From Harriotta raleighana (taxonomy: Eukaryota), in contig JBNZDD010013555.1 in the NCBI GenBank assembly GCA_050575255.1, positions 1 through 64,000 on the forward strand: a stretch of 64,000 bases of DNA, given 5' to 3'. The first letter of the stretch is position 1. Every line of letters begins with the position of its first letter. Under the pieces are notes generated by a model that saw only the letters and a list, made by a program, of their open reading frames with translations, did no database searches and was not told the DNA's origin. Below are positions 23,117 to 35,834 of this stretch, in pieces. Made by a program: the position numbers and the translations under genes.

Positions 23117-24789
23117 TAAGGTGAGGTAATACAGTAGGATGGCCGGAATATGTATTATTAGCAGAATGTGTATTATTAGCAAGGGATGGGCAGAGGACAA
23201 CCAAACATTGAATACATTGACTCAGGTCTATGTTGGTCAGGAAAAACTTTGGTACCATTTCCATTCGGTTAAGTACAATGGCAATTAAATATTTTCTCTA
23301 CTGGAGTTTCGAGTCTCTGCACGTTGCAGTGTTTTAATTTTGTTTTGTTTTGTGGGGTGGCAGTGCTGATCTTTTGTATTCTAACATGTGGCACATTCTT
23401 TGGACTGGAACCTTGGCTCAAGAGTTGCATGCTAGTAAAATTGCTTATTTTGTTCTGTTGCTGAAAATCTTTGCAGCTGTGAAGCGCAGGACATCATTGT
23501 TCTTCACAGCTGTTCAACTTGTAATTCAGACAAGATGGGAGCTATTGAAGGGAGAGAAAAGTTTTTTTTTCAAAATATTCCTGTTATACCAAATGTGTAT
23601 TTGTAATATTGCAAGACCTATGTTGTGGCTAATAGCTTTGCATTGTATAGCCAACCGGACACAGGCTGAACGGCCTTCCTCATTGAACCTGTAGGATTAC
23701 CGATGATGAAATGTGTTTTAGACCGAGGAGTTAAATCAGAATGCCTTCATTATTTTCTTTTTTTTCTTATCAGAGCTGCAGTTTGATGGCACAGTTGAGC
23801 TTGAGTTTGTTTGTGAGAGACCACAGATATTAAACCACCAGGCTATTCTGAGCTGGTTTAACTCCCGTGTTCATTTTACAGGCTTGGTCTTTCACTTTTG
23901 GAAGAAAATGGAGTAGCTGTGGCCTTTTAACACATTTGACAAACTCAAAGTATGATATTCAACATGCGTGGTGTTAAATATATATGGTAGTTTGTGCAAT
24001 GACCCAGTTGTTTATGGTCTGATTCCTGCAAAGCCTATACGATTTAATCTGATTACATTAAAGTATTTAGAAAATTCACATTAGCCCGTAAATAACGGAT
24101 GTTTTCCTAGTCCTAGGCTTCCTGGTTATCATTTTGTTTTGAAAATGGTTGTAAATACTTGTAATCATTCAACAGTAATTATTTTAACTAATGTCTCTTG
24201 GGTGCCAACCCGAAAGATACCTTGGCTTCTAATGCACCGTTTTCTGATCTAACTCATAGTGACTGTGTCTATGGGTAACATAAGAACACGTTAGTATAGA
24301 GTTAGCAAATGCGATCTGACTTAAAAGCTTTAATGGGTAACCTGGGTGTCCTAATGTGGATTTCATGATTTTTAGCCAGATTGGCCACAAGAAGATGCTG
24401 TGGAGAAGTTTTGCACTTTCCAGAGCACAATGAACTGCAGGGCAAATCAACGTGTACTGTTCAGTAAATTGAAAGAGTTCAGGAAATCATCCTTGATAAG
24501 GAGGGAAAGGGGAGCCTGAAATTGAAGGGTTGGTTTTTTTCGGGGAGAATAAAGACAAATGGATGTGACATATCACTGATGGCTGAGATTTTATCGTGAT
24601 GCAATCATTTTTATTTCCCCACTTCTTAAAATTTAAAACAATTTGTACCAGCTTCAAATCTACATTTGTTCTGTGAAAATTATTCTTGGTTTTTACGTTT
24701 CTGTAATGGGGTGGAAAGTACTCTGCCATGACTTGTCGCTATTCCATTCCATGAAATCTCTCACTCAATGTGAATGTGTGTGTGAGTGT

Positions 24790-25018
24790 AGAATCCTCCG
24801 CTCCACTATCTGCGGCCTTGCCTTCAGCCACTACGCCCAAAGCTCTGGAACTCCCTTCCTCACTCCCTTCACCTCGCCTCTCAGCTGAAGACCTTTCTTT
24901 TCGACCGCGCCTTTGGTCACCTTTTTCCCCCTGGCTTGGGCCCGGGAACCGTTATTGTGAAGTGCTCTGAGATGCTGTCCGGCGTGGAGGGCGCTATATA
25001 AATCAAAGTTGTTGTGTT
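24790..25018 (+). mobile_element. L2 3' end (type b), ending ~40 nt before the exon 4 acceptor
   Basis: AFSHYA..LWNSLP-like end and tail. Confidence 0.85.
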
Positions 25019-25059
25019 GCTGGCGTTTTTACAAAGCTTTGTTCAATGTTGCCTTTCAG

Positions 25060-25472
25060 AGACACCAACTCTGGAAACCGAGGAGTGTGGGTTTTCCAGC
25101 TTGGGAGTTCTACTAACTCCAGCATTGTTCCTGGTGAGGTAAGCGAGCACCTTGCTCCCAGGTTCTCTCCCAATGCATTCAACATCACCACCGCCACCGT
25201 TGACCACCCGAGCAGTTCTTACTTGGACGTGGTTGAGAACGGACCAGAATATGAAGACATTGCTCAAAGTAAAGAAGTTGCAACTCCTCCGGAGCCCGTG
25301 TACTACAAGATTGACTCACAGCTAGATGTGCAAGAGCGCGCTCCACAATACCCTCACTACGTGGAACATGTTCCAGTTCCGAACCCTGTGGGAGTTCAGC
25401 CGGTCCAGTTTGAGCATCCACCATATCCAAGGGTCGAACTCTTGGATACAGGGTTTGACGTGACCGGAAATG
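25060..25472 (+). CDS. NID1: NID1 exon 4 (end of NIDO, NSGNRGVWVFQLG, plus Pro/Tyr/acidic link region)
   Basis: tttcag|A acceptor completes the Gln codon; G|gtgag donor (phase 1); GVWVF motif. Confidence 0.92.
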
Positions 25473-25743
25473 GTGAGATGAGTTGCTAACCAATAATTAA
25501 TTGGAGGATGTTAATCTACAATTCTATTTCTGGCTGGGATGTGGATCCAGGCTGCTGGCAGTACAGTAAATGCCAACATAATTACCCTTTAATGTCTTGA
25601 ACAACTTAGCTCTTCAGAGATTTAGCTAATTATTTTAAAGCCGATCAGTAAATTGGGAATTGGATCCAGTAGATGTGTATTTGTGATTTGAAATGCCACT
25701 GCCATGATTTTGGTGAGGGACAAGACTTTGTAAAGACTTTTAA

Positions 25744-26055
25744 AATAATAATAATCCTTGCATTTGATATGGCGCTTCTAGACTTTTCAAAGAGCTTCAC
25801 AGAATATATTGTAAAGTGAATTGACTGTATATTTGTGGGTGAAACGCAGCAGCCAGTTGCACACAGCAGTGTCCCACAAACAGCCGTGGAATGAAATGAC
25901 CGATTTATTTATTTATTTATTATTATTGTAATTTTTTGAGGGATTATTATTAGGCGTGTGGAGAAAGGAAACTTGCTGAAGCGATCTGCCTGGAATCGAA
26001 CACAGGTCTCATGCTTGTAAAGCGAGTGCTCTAACCATGGAGCTACAGGGCTCCA
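25744..26055 (-). mobile_element. Full-length tRNA-SINE; an inverted SINE tail follows at ~26064-26168 (+)
   Basis: Reversed consensus, then a plus-strand tail. Confidence 0.9.
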
Positions 26056-26168
26056 AGTATACTTTTGCTCACAAGTATACAGTCAATTTACTTTACAGTA
26101 CATTCTGTGAAGTGCTTTGAGATGTCTAAAAGATGTGAAAAGCACTATATCAAATGCAAATCTTATTA

Positions 26169-26604
26169 CAGTAAAACCTTGTTTATCTGTGACTCGATGA
26201 ACTGGAAAACCTGTTCAACTACCATCTCAAAAAAAAAATCCTGATTCGATGAGCCGGAAGTTATCCGTCAAATAGTGATGACGCGTTTAATGAATTGACT
26301 GTCGCCCGCGAGTACTGGTGCAGGTACTCGGGGCTGGCCGCTAGTCGGGTCTAAACTCGCTCCTGCTGTTTTTAAAAGTCTTAATTTTTTTTACCTCCGT
26401 CAGGTGAGGGCTCCCGTTACGAAGTTGAGTATAAATAATAAAGTACTAATACAATATTCTGTTATTATTTAGTCTATTATTAATATGGTATGTTAATTAA
26501 TTTTAATTTAAATAATTTTAAATTTAAAAAATCAGTTCAAGCGGAAAACCATTTAACTGCCACTGGCCAGGTCCTGTGGGTGCCGGATAAACAGGGTTTT
26601 ATTG
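26169..26604 (+). mobile_element. Tc1/pogo-like MITE family A, short copy
   Basis: TA|CAGTAAAACCTTGTTTATC ... GATAAACAGGGTTTTATTG|TA; 19-bp TIR with 2 mismatches and a TA target duplication. Confidence 0.88.
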
Positions 26605-26690
26605 TATAATTATCTGCCAAAGTTTCCATTATGGCTTTTCCCCTTAGCCTGTCTCACTGTATAACTTGTGTTTTTTCTCCCCACTCCTAG

Positions 26691-26840
26691 TATTTACATA
26701 TAATATAGAGCAACAGCAAACATGTGCCTCTAACAGGGACGTATGCTCCAATCAAGCCCAGTGTAAGGACTACCCAAAGGGCCTCTGTTGCCATTGTAAT
26801 CCTGGCTACTATGGGAATGGCAAGCAGTGCGTAGCAGAAG
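26691..26840 (+). CDS. NID1: NID1 exon 5 (EGF-like 1: CASNRDVCSNQAQCKDYPKGLCCHCNPGYYGNGKQCVAE)
   Basis: Polypyrimidine tract plus ctag acceptor, G|gtaaaa donor, EGF cysteine spacing, 150 nt. Confidence 0.96.
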
Positions 26841-27961
26841 GTAAAAGTCAATTTGATTTTGACGTTTCAATCCTTCCTTTAGAAAAATGTAACATCAGCG
26901 CAAACATAAAAATAACCAAAGATTTTTTTTTAAAAGCTCATCTTTAGCACAGCATGTAAACACTAAATGCTTCAAAAAGTCTTTCTGGTTTGGTGACACT
27001 TAAGAGCCTTGTTAGAAACTAGAGTCAACATTTTTTTTCTTGTGTAGTTTGGATGAATAGCACTGCAAATATTGTACCCTCCCCTTCCTTCTCCCATTCA
27101 ACGTCAATCTGTAACATACTATAGTGCTAGGCGTTGCTTCTCAAGTCCTGCACTGTGTGCTGGGACCTGTACTCAGTGACGAGGTGTTAGGAGCTGAACC
27201 TTACAGCAATGAATGGACTTCTGTTTTGTTCCACTCTTTTTTTGATTTGGTGAAGAAGATGTAAAAAGAGTGTGAAGGTGAGGTGTTGATAAAATCAGGT
27301 CGCGTACTGAGTTGTCTATTCAAATTGTGTGTAAAAGTGATGACCGGAGGCTAAGCTTTTCGACTCGTGTGATCCTTGATCTCTATCTAATTGCAAGGTA
27401 CGTTAACTAGTTTAGTTGTAGTGCTCTGTATCACAACGCTTGCCATCAGATCTATCTGGCCTTGAGCCATTTTATTATATACTGACAAAGAGAAGTTTTA
27501 CATTTTAAATCTTTTTAAAACAGTTGGAAGGAATCTAATGGCTTAGTTTGCAGAACCACTAACATTGTGTACCTGAGCCATAAGGACAACAGAAGGATCT
27601 TAGTTGGATCCTCAAATGCGCTTGGCAGGAGTGATTCCATATCCCACCCCCGTCCCTTCTCTCTCCCCCTGTCCCAACCTGTAAATGTGTGAGGCTAAGC
27701 TGTGAAGGGTGCTATATAAATGCCTCCACTCAGTCCATCTTCACTCTTGTGGTTGAGCAGTCTGTTGGTACAACAGCAACTTGCATTTATTTAGCATCCC
27801 TCTCACAGGGTGACATCCCAGAGGGCTAAGATACGTTATATGGCCATTTGAACAGGATACCAAGAGTGAGCTATACCCTGTACTGGATTCCAAAGGAGGA
27901 GGGAGTGGGGAAGGGAAGATATATTGTCATTTCTGTGATCATTTCATTTGTTCATTCCTAG

Positions 27962-28213
27962 GATCTCCACAACGTGTGAATGGCAAAGTAAATGGCAAGA
28001 TCTTTGTGGGTAACAGCCCAGTGCCCATGGAGATTGACGATATTGACCTCCATTCGTATGTGGTGGTGAATGACGGCCGGTCGTACACTGCCGTCAGCAG
28101 AATCCCCACGGCTCTCGGCTGGGCACTGCTGCCTCTCTCATCGGTGGGAAGCATCATTGGCTGGATGTTTGCTCTGGAGCAGCCTAGCTATGAAAACGGC
28201 TTCAGTATTGTTG
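27962..28213 (+). CDS. NID1: NID1 exon 6 (G2 beta-barrel: GSPQRVNGKV...DLHSYVVVNDGRSYTAVS...GWMFALEQ)
   Basis: cctag acceptor, G|gtcagt donor; DLHSYVV/GRSYTA perlecan-binding-face motifs of nidogen G2. Confidence 0.96.
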
Positions 28214-28839
28214 GTCAGTACTTTAATCTGCCCAAAGTGTGGATAGCTAATGTGCTTGTAATTGGTGAATTTATGCCATCTTTCCCCGCGGAGGACAGTC
28301 ATTTGTCCGTGATCCCCACAGCTGCTCTTGTTAACCACACAGCTGACTGTTCAGCGATTTGGGACGTCCTCCCGACGTGAAAGGAGCTCTACAAATGTAA
28401 TGTTGTTGTCTGTTTCCTTTTTATGGATGGTGCACATTTGAGACAGTGCTGGAAGAAGGGAAGTGGTGGGGGTGAGGTGGGGGGGTGATGAGCAAGAACA
28501 AATTATTGCACCGTGTTATTCTTGATCATCAATTGCCAGTTCCCATCATGAGCGCTGCAAGGCGACCTCCATCCACCCACCTCAGTTCATATTCTCCCCA
28601 ATTCTCGCATGTGATGATGAATATTGAAAAGACACAGACTGGGAACATCTCAAACACTTTCCATAGAGAGATGGACAGAGTGACACAGAGTGTGTGTAAG
28701 ACACTCTCTCTCTCTCTCTCTGCACCGAGATGCAATGGAGAGGGGGCACAGAGATGAGTAGTGAGGGAGAAAAATTAGGCCCATGGAGACAAACCAAAGA
28801 CAAATTCATTCACACAGTATATGCATATAATATATCCAC

Positions 28840-29162
28840 AACTGTTTGTGAGACANTCAATCAAAATCAAAACCAAAATTTTATTTATAAAGCGCCTTTC
28901 ACGTCGGGAGGACGTCCCAAAGCGCTGTACANCTGTTTGTGAGACACTGCTGTGCTCAATTGGCTGCCACATTGCACCCACAAACTATACAGTCGATTCA
29001 CTTTACAGTATATTCTGTGNACACTGCTGTGCTCAATTGGCTGCCCCATTGCACCCACAAACTATACAGTCGATTCACTTTACAGTATATTCTGTGAAGC
29101 GCTTTGAGATGTCTAGAAGATGTGAAAAGCGCAATATCAAATGCAAGGATTATTATTATTAT
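28840..29162 (+). mobile_element. SINE 3' half, fragmented and duplicated across three single Ns, with an intervening reversed L2 tail
   Basis: Ns at 28856, 28932 and 29020 with overlapping repeated sequence. Confidence 0.8.
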
Positions 29163-29835
29163 ACACAGGCGGGTACCAAAAGCTTGCATTGCATTTCTCC
29201 TTAGAACAGGCCACTTTACTAGCAATTTCTACAATTCCAATGGGAATCTTTATGAAGAAGTTTTAATTGAATGTTGAAAGTTGGTTGTAACTATTTCTGT
29301 TCTCTCTTCTTTGAAGGATACCAACTTCCACTGTCAATGCTCCCGAGCTGACCCTTAAATCCAGTTTATGCCAAGCATACAGATAGAAATGTTTTTCTGC
29401 CATTTAACATTTTGTCAGCTAATGGGCAATGTCGCCATTTTAAACTATCTGAATGGTGATATACAAGTGAACATCATATGCACATAGTATTTTGTGTTCA
29501 CGATATTTTGCTCTGATATATGGGTAGATAACCAACAAACAAATTACTTGAATGTAGCTCGTATAGCGATCCAGTCCTCAATGTGTTTATCAACACCAAC
29601 TATAGACTATGATGTATACATTCTGATGATCGCCAGGTAGTGTTTGACCTGGCATGGTAACTAACCAGCATTATTTCTGTTGTCCCAAAGTTTTCCCAAA
29701 GAAATAACCTTGTGATTTTAAACTGTTCACATAGACTTTTGTCTCAATTAATGGTTCGACAATGGAATTGCTTTGAGAACTTGATGTGTGCCATTGTGGT
29801 GGGCGTAGACTGACTGATGCATTTGTCGTTGACAG

Positions 29836-30036
29836 GAGGCGAGTTCACACGTAGAGGAGAAGTTACCTTCTCTCCTGGCAATGAGAAGCTGGCCATCACT
29901 CAGAAGTTCAGTGGGATTGATGAGCACCACCACCTCACCATTGCCACTACCTTGAACGGGCGGGTGCCTGACATTCCCGCTGAATCGAGCGTGCACATTG
30001 AGCCGTATAACGAACTGTTCCATTATTCCAGCTCTG
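29836..30036 (+). CDS. NID1: NID1 exon 7 (G2: GGEFTRRGEVTF...VHIEPYNELFHYSS)
   Basis: gacag acceptor, G|gtaagc donor, 201 nt, phase 1-1. Confidence 0.95.
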
Positions 30037-30137
30037 GTAAGCAAGCACAGGGGTTTTGATGCAGCAGTTAAAATTTGAGTAACACAGCATTTATAAAACT
30101 CAATACTCCGCTGTCCAGATACTCACCCACACAAATA

Positions 30138-31297
30138 CAGTAAAACCCCATTTATCCAGCACCACGGGAGCTGGCCAGTGGCGATTAAATGTTTTTTACG
30201 GCTGAACGGGTTTTAATTTTTTTAAAATAATTTTTAAAAATTTTTTTTAACACATACCGTATTAATAATGGACTAAATAATAATAGAATATTTTATTAGT
30301 GCATTATTANGTTAAATGTTTTTTACGGCTGAACGGGTTTTAATTTTTTTTAAAAATAATTGTAAAAAAATTTTTTTGACACATACCATATTAATAATGG
30401 ACTAAATAATAATAGAATATTTTATTAGTGCATTATTATTTATACTTCACAATCCCAGCACTGATTCAACGGAGGTAAAACAAAACGCGACTTTAAAAAG
30501 CAACGAGTTATGACCTGATTGACAGCCAGCACACACAGACACACATAGACACATAGACAGACAGACAGACACACACACACACAGACCCTCAAAGATATTC
30601 AGTCTGAANTTCACAGACACACATAGACACATAGACAGACAGACACACACACACACAGACCCTCAAAGATATTCAGTCTGAATCCATCATATACTGTAAA
30701 TTCTGTCCACAATCCTCACCCCCCCTTTCCTCTCCCTCCCTATCTCTCTCTGCATCAACCTGCCTGCTATTACTCTCTCTTTCTCTCTCTCCGTTATGCT
30801 TTCCCCCATCTCTCTCTCTCTCCCCTTTCCCCCCATCTCTCATTCCCCTTTCTCTTTCTCTGTCTCTCCATCCCCTCCCCCCTCTCTCTCCGTTTCCTCC
30901 ATCGGGGGCTTGCAGGGTTATGGGGAGAGAGCTGGTGATTGGGGATAATGAAGTGACATTACTCTGTCAAAGAGCCGGCACAGACTCGATGGGCCGAATG
31001 GCCTCGTTCTGTACCGTAATTTTCTATGATTCTATGATTTCCCCCCCCTCCCCCCACTCCCTTCCTCCCTCTCTCTCTGGCAGGATTTATTATGTACTGT
31101 ATACTTAACTTCCCAACGGCAGGCACTCATCAGAACGAGGAAAAAAAATCGACTTTTAAAAGCAGGAACGAGTTTAGACCCGACATTAAACGCGTCGCCA
31201 GATAACTTCTGGTTCAACGAATCAGAACTTTTTTTTTGAGATGGCTGTTGAACGGGTTTTCTGATTATTCAACTCGCAGATAGACAAGGTTATACTG
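30138..31297 (-). mobile_element. MITE family A, long copy in inverted orientation, with a CR1 3' end (~30905-31037, plus) inside
   Basis: TA|CAGTAAAACCCCATTTATCC ... GATAGACAAGGTTATACTG|TA; internal sequence is the reverse complement of 26169-26604 and 41066-42707. Confidence 0.85.
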
Positions 31298-31309
31298 TAC
31301 CTTAATCAC

Positions 31310-31575
31310 AGCAATCCCATACCAGGCTCCAGTGGCTCCCAATCACTTGTTTTCAAATCACTTAAATCCCTCGCACTTCCCTACCTATCTAATTTGCCTC
31401 TCCCTCAATCCCTCCATCCTCAACTTCAGATTTTGCCTAAAGGCCTTCCTTTTTGATTATGATCACCTCCCACTACCCTAGCTCCACCACAGCTAGCAGC
31501 AGAATCCCCACTATTGAGTGCTCTGGGACGCTACCCCATGTAAAGGGTGCTGTACAAATGCAAGTAGTTGTTGTA
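31310..31575 (+). mobile_element. Decayed L2 3' end
   Basis: ctccagtggctccc...ctctgggacg..tgtaaagggtgctgtacaaatgcaagtagttgttg. Confidence 0.6.
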
Positions 31576-31664
31576 TAAGGAGTAAAGAGGTTCTTTTCAA
31601 TACAGACTCTTGTGACCTGGAAACCAAAAATTCAATAGTTCCTCAAATAGTCCTTTTTTCTTAA

Positions 31665-31848
31665 AGAGGGTTGAGGGAAGAAGAAATTTCTGGAGCAAAA
31701 ACAACTAGTGTACTTTACTGGTAAATTACTTGTTTGTACATGACACAATGGTCAGATTTAGTTCATTTTCAAGAAGGAATATTCTTGTGTCAATATTCTT
31801 GACACTAGTTGTTTTTGCTCCAGAAATCTCTTCTTCCCTCAATCCTCT
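31665..31848. repeat. 47-bp inverted repeat (2 mismatches) with a 90-nt spacer
   Basis: Arms 31665-31711 and 31802-31848. Confidence 0.93.
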
Positions 31849-32049
31849 GTATTGGATTTTTTTTTTTTGTCTTTTGTTTGACCTAAACATTATTCTGTAG
31901 CAGCATCACATGCCTGTAAAGGACAAATTTGGGTTTAAATAACAATGACTGTCCAGCGACTTGGGAAGTACTCCTGATGTGAAAGGCGCTATACAAGTGT
32001 AATTTTGTTGTTGTTAAATAAGATATTGCCATTTACTGGCGAGATGTTA

Positions 32050-32446
32050 CAGTAAAACCCATCTATCCGGCCCGCTTGGGGGGGAGGGGGGGGATCGACT
32101 AATTGACTGTGCTGGATAAACGAGGGGCAAGTTGCCGAAAACCCAATATAAAAAAATAACTTATTTTAAAACATACTATATTAATAATACACTACATAGT
32201 AACAGAATATTATATGGATATTTACCAATAAAGCATTCCAGCACAGTCAGGAAAAAATCAGTAAAACAGCATTTTTTTTACCGATTGGTTTAAAAAAAAA
32301 CAAGTTTGGAAGTTTACTAAGTGCGCATGCGCACTCATTGCATGAATGCGCAAAGTGAGCAAACTTGCGATTCTGGAATGGGGAATTGCCCCGGGAGGGG
32401 TTTGAGCAATCGGTTGATCGGGTCACGGATTAACGAGACTTTACTG
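32050..32446 (-). mobile_element. Tc1/pogo-like MITE family B
   Basis: TA|CAGTAAAACCC ... GACTTTACTG|TA; internal part is the reverse complement of 42716-42830. Confidence 0.78.
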
Positions 32447-33427
32447 TATTCTGTCCCCATTAAGACAGAGCTGCCTGGATTTGCAGTCAGCAGTGTAAAA
32501 CGCTTTGAGTTGTCTTCCTAATGTGACAGATACTATTTAAAAAAAATAGATTGTATTCGTGCATTTTCTCTATCCCTTATACACTGCCCCTCCCCACTAA
32601 GGTTGCCTGGATTTGAATAGTAGATTACCACCATCACTTACAATTTAATCCCATAGTCAAGGTTAGGATTTGACCTCATAGAGTATTCAGAAAGGGATTT
32701 CATCCTTTGTGTGGGACAGTTTGTAAATCAAGTACAAAATGCCAAACTATTGATATATATATTTTTTAAAAACCTGTTTTAACAGATACCATTCCCCCAT
32801 ATTCACAAGACCTTACACATTGCCTGGTGAGCTGGTGGGGGAGGTGGATGATGGTGGTGGGGCAAAGGGGAGAGGGTTAGCAAAGGGTGAGAATCTTGGA
32901 GAGAATGAAGTTCATGTATCCTGTGTAATAGTAAAGGGTTTTATTTGCTACCCCTCCCCACCCTATCTGCACGCCTTAAATGGAGCTTGAAGGGTTAGTG
33001 GACCTTGTGTGTTTGCTTAACGCTGGCAGATAATTGCCAGCAGATGTCTTGATCCGTCTTGAGTTTTGAAGAAAAAAAACAACAACCATAAGGAGAGGAC
33101 ATGAAGTGTGTAAGTCAGCCCAAGCTTTGAAAAAGTTGTTCGACATCATGTTCCCGCAAGATGTAAATGGGTTCTGAGAATTTTTGTAAAGTAATGTATC
33201 TTGCCATCAACGTCCGTCCTTGAGGCTGTGCACTCTGGCACATGATGATGATAATAATATTGATAATAATAAATTCTTGAATTTGATATAGAGCCTATTT
33301 GTGCCTTGAGCCCTCCTCTGTTCCAGGAGGAGGTCTCGAAGGGCTTCACAGAAACTGCTGCAGTGTTCAGCCTCTTTGTTTTAGGTGAACACTGACAGTC
33401 AACTTTACACACATCAACACCTCACAA

Positions 33428-33670
33428 ACAACAACTAGTTATATTTGTATTGCGCTTTTCAAATTGGGAGGGATGTTCCATGGTACTGGACAGTCACGGA
33501 TTTGCACAAAGCTGTGGGGTATAGGATCAGGAGGAGTGGATAGCAGGTAGGGTGGGGGTTTGAGGTTGACTGAAGGTGTAGTCGAAGAGGAGGGTCTTTT
33601 GATGGATGGGCCTTGAAGGAGGCAAGGGAGTGGGCGAGGAGTACAGACAGTGGGATGGAGGCAAAAGGGC
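33428..33670 (-). mobile_element. Decayed L2 3' end
   Basis: Reversed tail and gtcgaagaggagggtctt. Confidence 0.65.
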
Positions 33671-33843
33671 TGGAAATTCGAAACAGCTCTGAAATGACTG
33701 GTTCACTTGATACTCAGGGTTTTTACTGGCAGCAATTACTCCCCACACGCTTGCCCGTGGGCAACGGGTTATTTTAATTTTGCATAAATCGAAATTGCTC
33801 ATTGTTTTTCCCTCCACCCACTTTCTCTCTCTCTCTCTCTTAG

Positions 33844-34077
33844 CCATCATGTCGTCCTCCAATGTACGGTACACCATCAAGCCTCCCAGAGGAGCCTCTC
33901 AGGAACGCTCCTTTCAGCTGAAACAGACCATCAGCTTCCACAGCTGTATCCACGATGATGCCACACGGATCATGCCGGCCACACAGCAGCTGACTGTAGA
34001 TCGCACCTTCGTCCTGTACAACCCGAGCGAGCAGATACTCCGATATGCGATGAGTAACAAGATCGGGCCAGTCCAAG
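33844..34077 (+). CDS. NID1: NID1 exon 8 (G2 end: ...TQQLTVDRTFVLYNPSEQILRYAMSNKIGPVQ)
   Basis: (CT)n tract plus tag acceptor, G|gtactg donor, LRYA.SN motif. Confidence 0.95.
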
Positions 34078-35834
34078 GTACTGTCAGTCTTGACAAGATA
34101 CTTGTTTTTTGAAATACTGCACATTACACAGTACTGGGTGGGTGGCTGAGATTGAACAGGTGGGGAGGTGGTCATCAAAATATTCTTTACACGGTGGGTG
34201 GGTGAAGGAATTCTCTGTCACAAGGAGAACCCTCAAGGAGGGTTCATAAATTCTTTTTAGAAAAGATTTGGTTAGTGTCTTGAAGAGGAGGAATATTAAA
34301 AGATGTGATGGAGTGAGATGAAAACTGTGATTATAATTGTGTGTAAATTATTCTTGTATTTGCCTTGGTGCTTTATCACATTGTCGATGTCTCAAAACCC
34401 TTCACTGGATTCTACTGTAAAGTATGGTGACTGTGTATTTGTAGGCAGGTTAGACTAGGTGGCTCATGCAGAGAAAATACTCCAGTCGAGAGTTCATGGA
34501 TCAAACAGCCCGTTTCTGTTCTGTAATGTTGTAAGATTCTATGATTTCTTGTGACTAGTGTTTTACGTTCACTTTTTAAAGCTGTTTTTTCAATGTTGGA
34601 ATTCTTGCACGGTCCAGGGCCCTGTTTTCCATCCCAGTTGTCTAGAGCAATGCATTGCCCTGTGTACACCTGTATACTCCTATATAAAACTATATGACAA
34701 CAACTTTGCAGTAATGGCATCTTGGCACGTAACGTTTGAATTAAGTGGTGGGTCTTCTATGCATTTGGTCACCAAAATGGTGTACTTTCTACCCACTCCA
34801 CCCACAAGTTTGTTGCACATTTCAGTTAGTATGCTGAAAAGGTTTTTTTCCCTCCTGCTCTCCCACAGGGAGCCAGTGCTGGGTGAATAATTGATTTACT
34901 TCCTTCCTCCAGAAAACTTGTCACTTAACCCCCACGTTGCAGATAACCGATTCCAAATCAGATATCTTTCCCAGGGTCTTGAGAATGGCTTCAGTCTTCT
35001 CCTTCAATTGGTTGATTTAAATCTCAAGCTTAGCATCACTTAACTACATTTTGAAGTCTCAGTATCTTCTTTTCAGCCTTAGTTGTTCCCCAGTCATTAT
35101 CTGGGTGTCTCAATAAACAAAATGTATATTTAAGCCAAGCCTGGCCTGAAGTGCAGACTTTCTTGATTGCTATCTCTAAGGTTGTACGTTAATGGTGTGT
35201 GTGTGTGCGTGCCTGTTGTTGTTGTTGAGCAGTTTTCCCCATGGACCTTAAAGATTTAAGTGTTTCCATAGCACAGTATTTTTTCTGAATCCTTAAATCC
35301 CCAAACCATCTCAAGAGGAAATTGCTGAGGCCCATTACATAACAACAACAAAAATCTGGGGAGGGAGTTTCCGCTTGACTCTTCCTTGTGAGCTTGTTGG
35401 AGGGAATTCCCAGATGTATGTGCTTTCCTAATTGGAAAGATGCCCTTCCCTGGAAATGTATGTTGCGCTTGAAGATCAGGCTAAAATTGGCACAAAGTGT
35501 ATTGGAAACTGGTCAAATATTTACTGTAAAACTGCAATGCTCTGCGATACTCTTAATTGGTAAATCTCTGAAAAACGTGGCCAGTTAACATTTTTATATT
35601 ATCAACCAGTGCATTCATGACTGTGACTCTTCAAGAAAACCCAACAACTTGTAGTCATATAGTGCCCTCATGCAGGGTATCATCGCAGAACATATGAACT
35701 CTCTTTTCACGTTTTATTCCCTTCCCTCCCACCCCACCTCCGACTCACACAAAGGTTTGACCACAATATAAGTTTACTTCTGTGACAAAAAAATTAGGCG
35801 GGCAGGCAATGAAAACAGATTCAGACACAACCAC

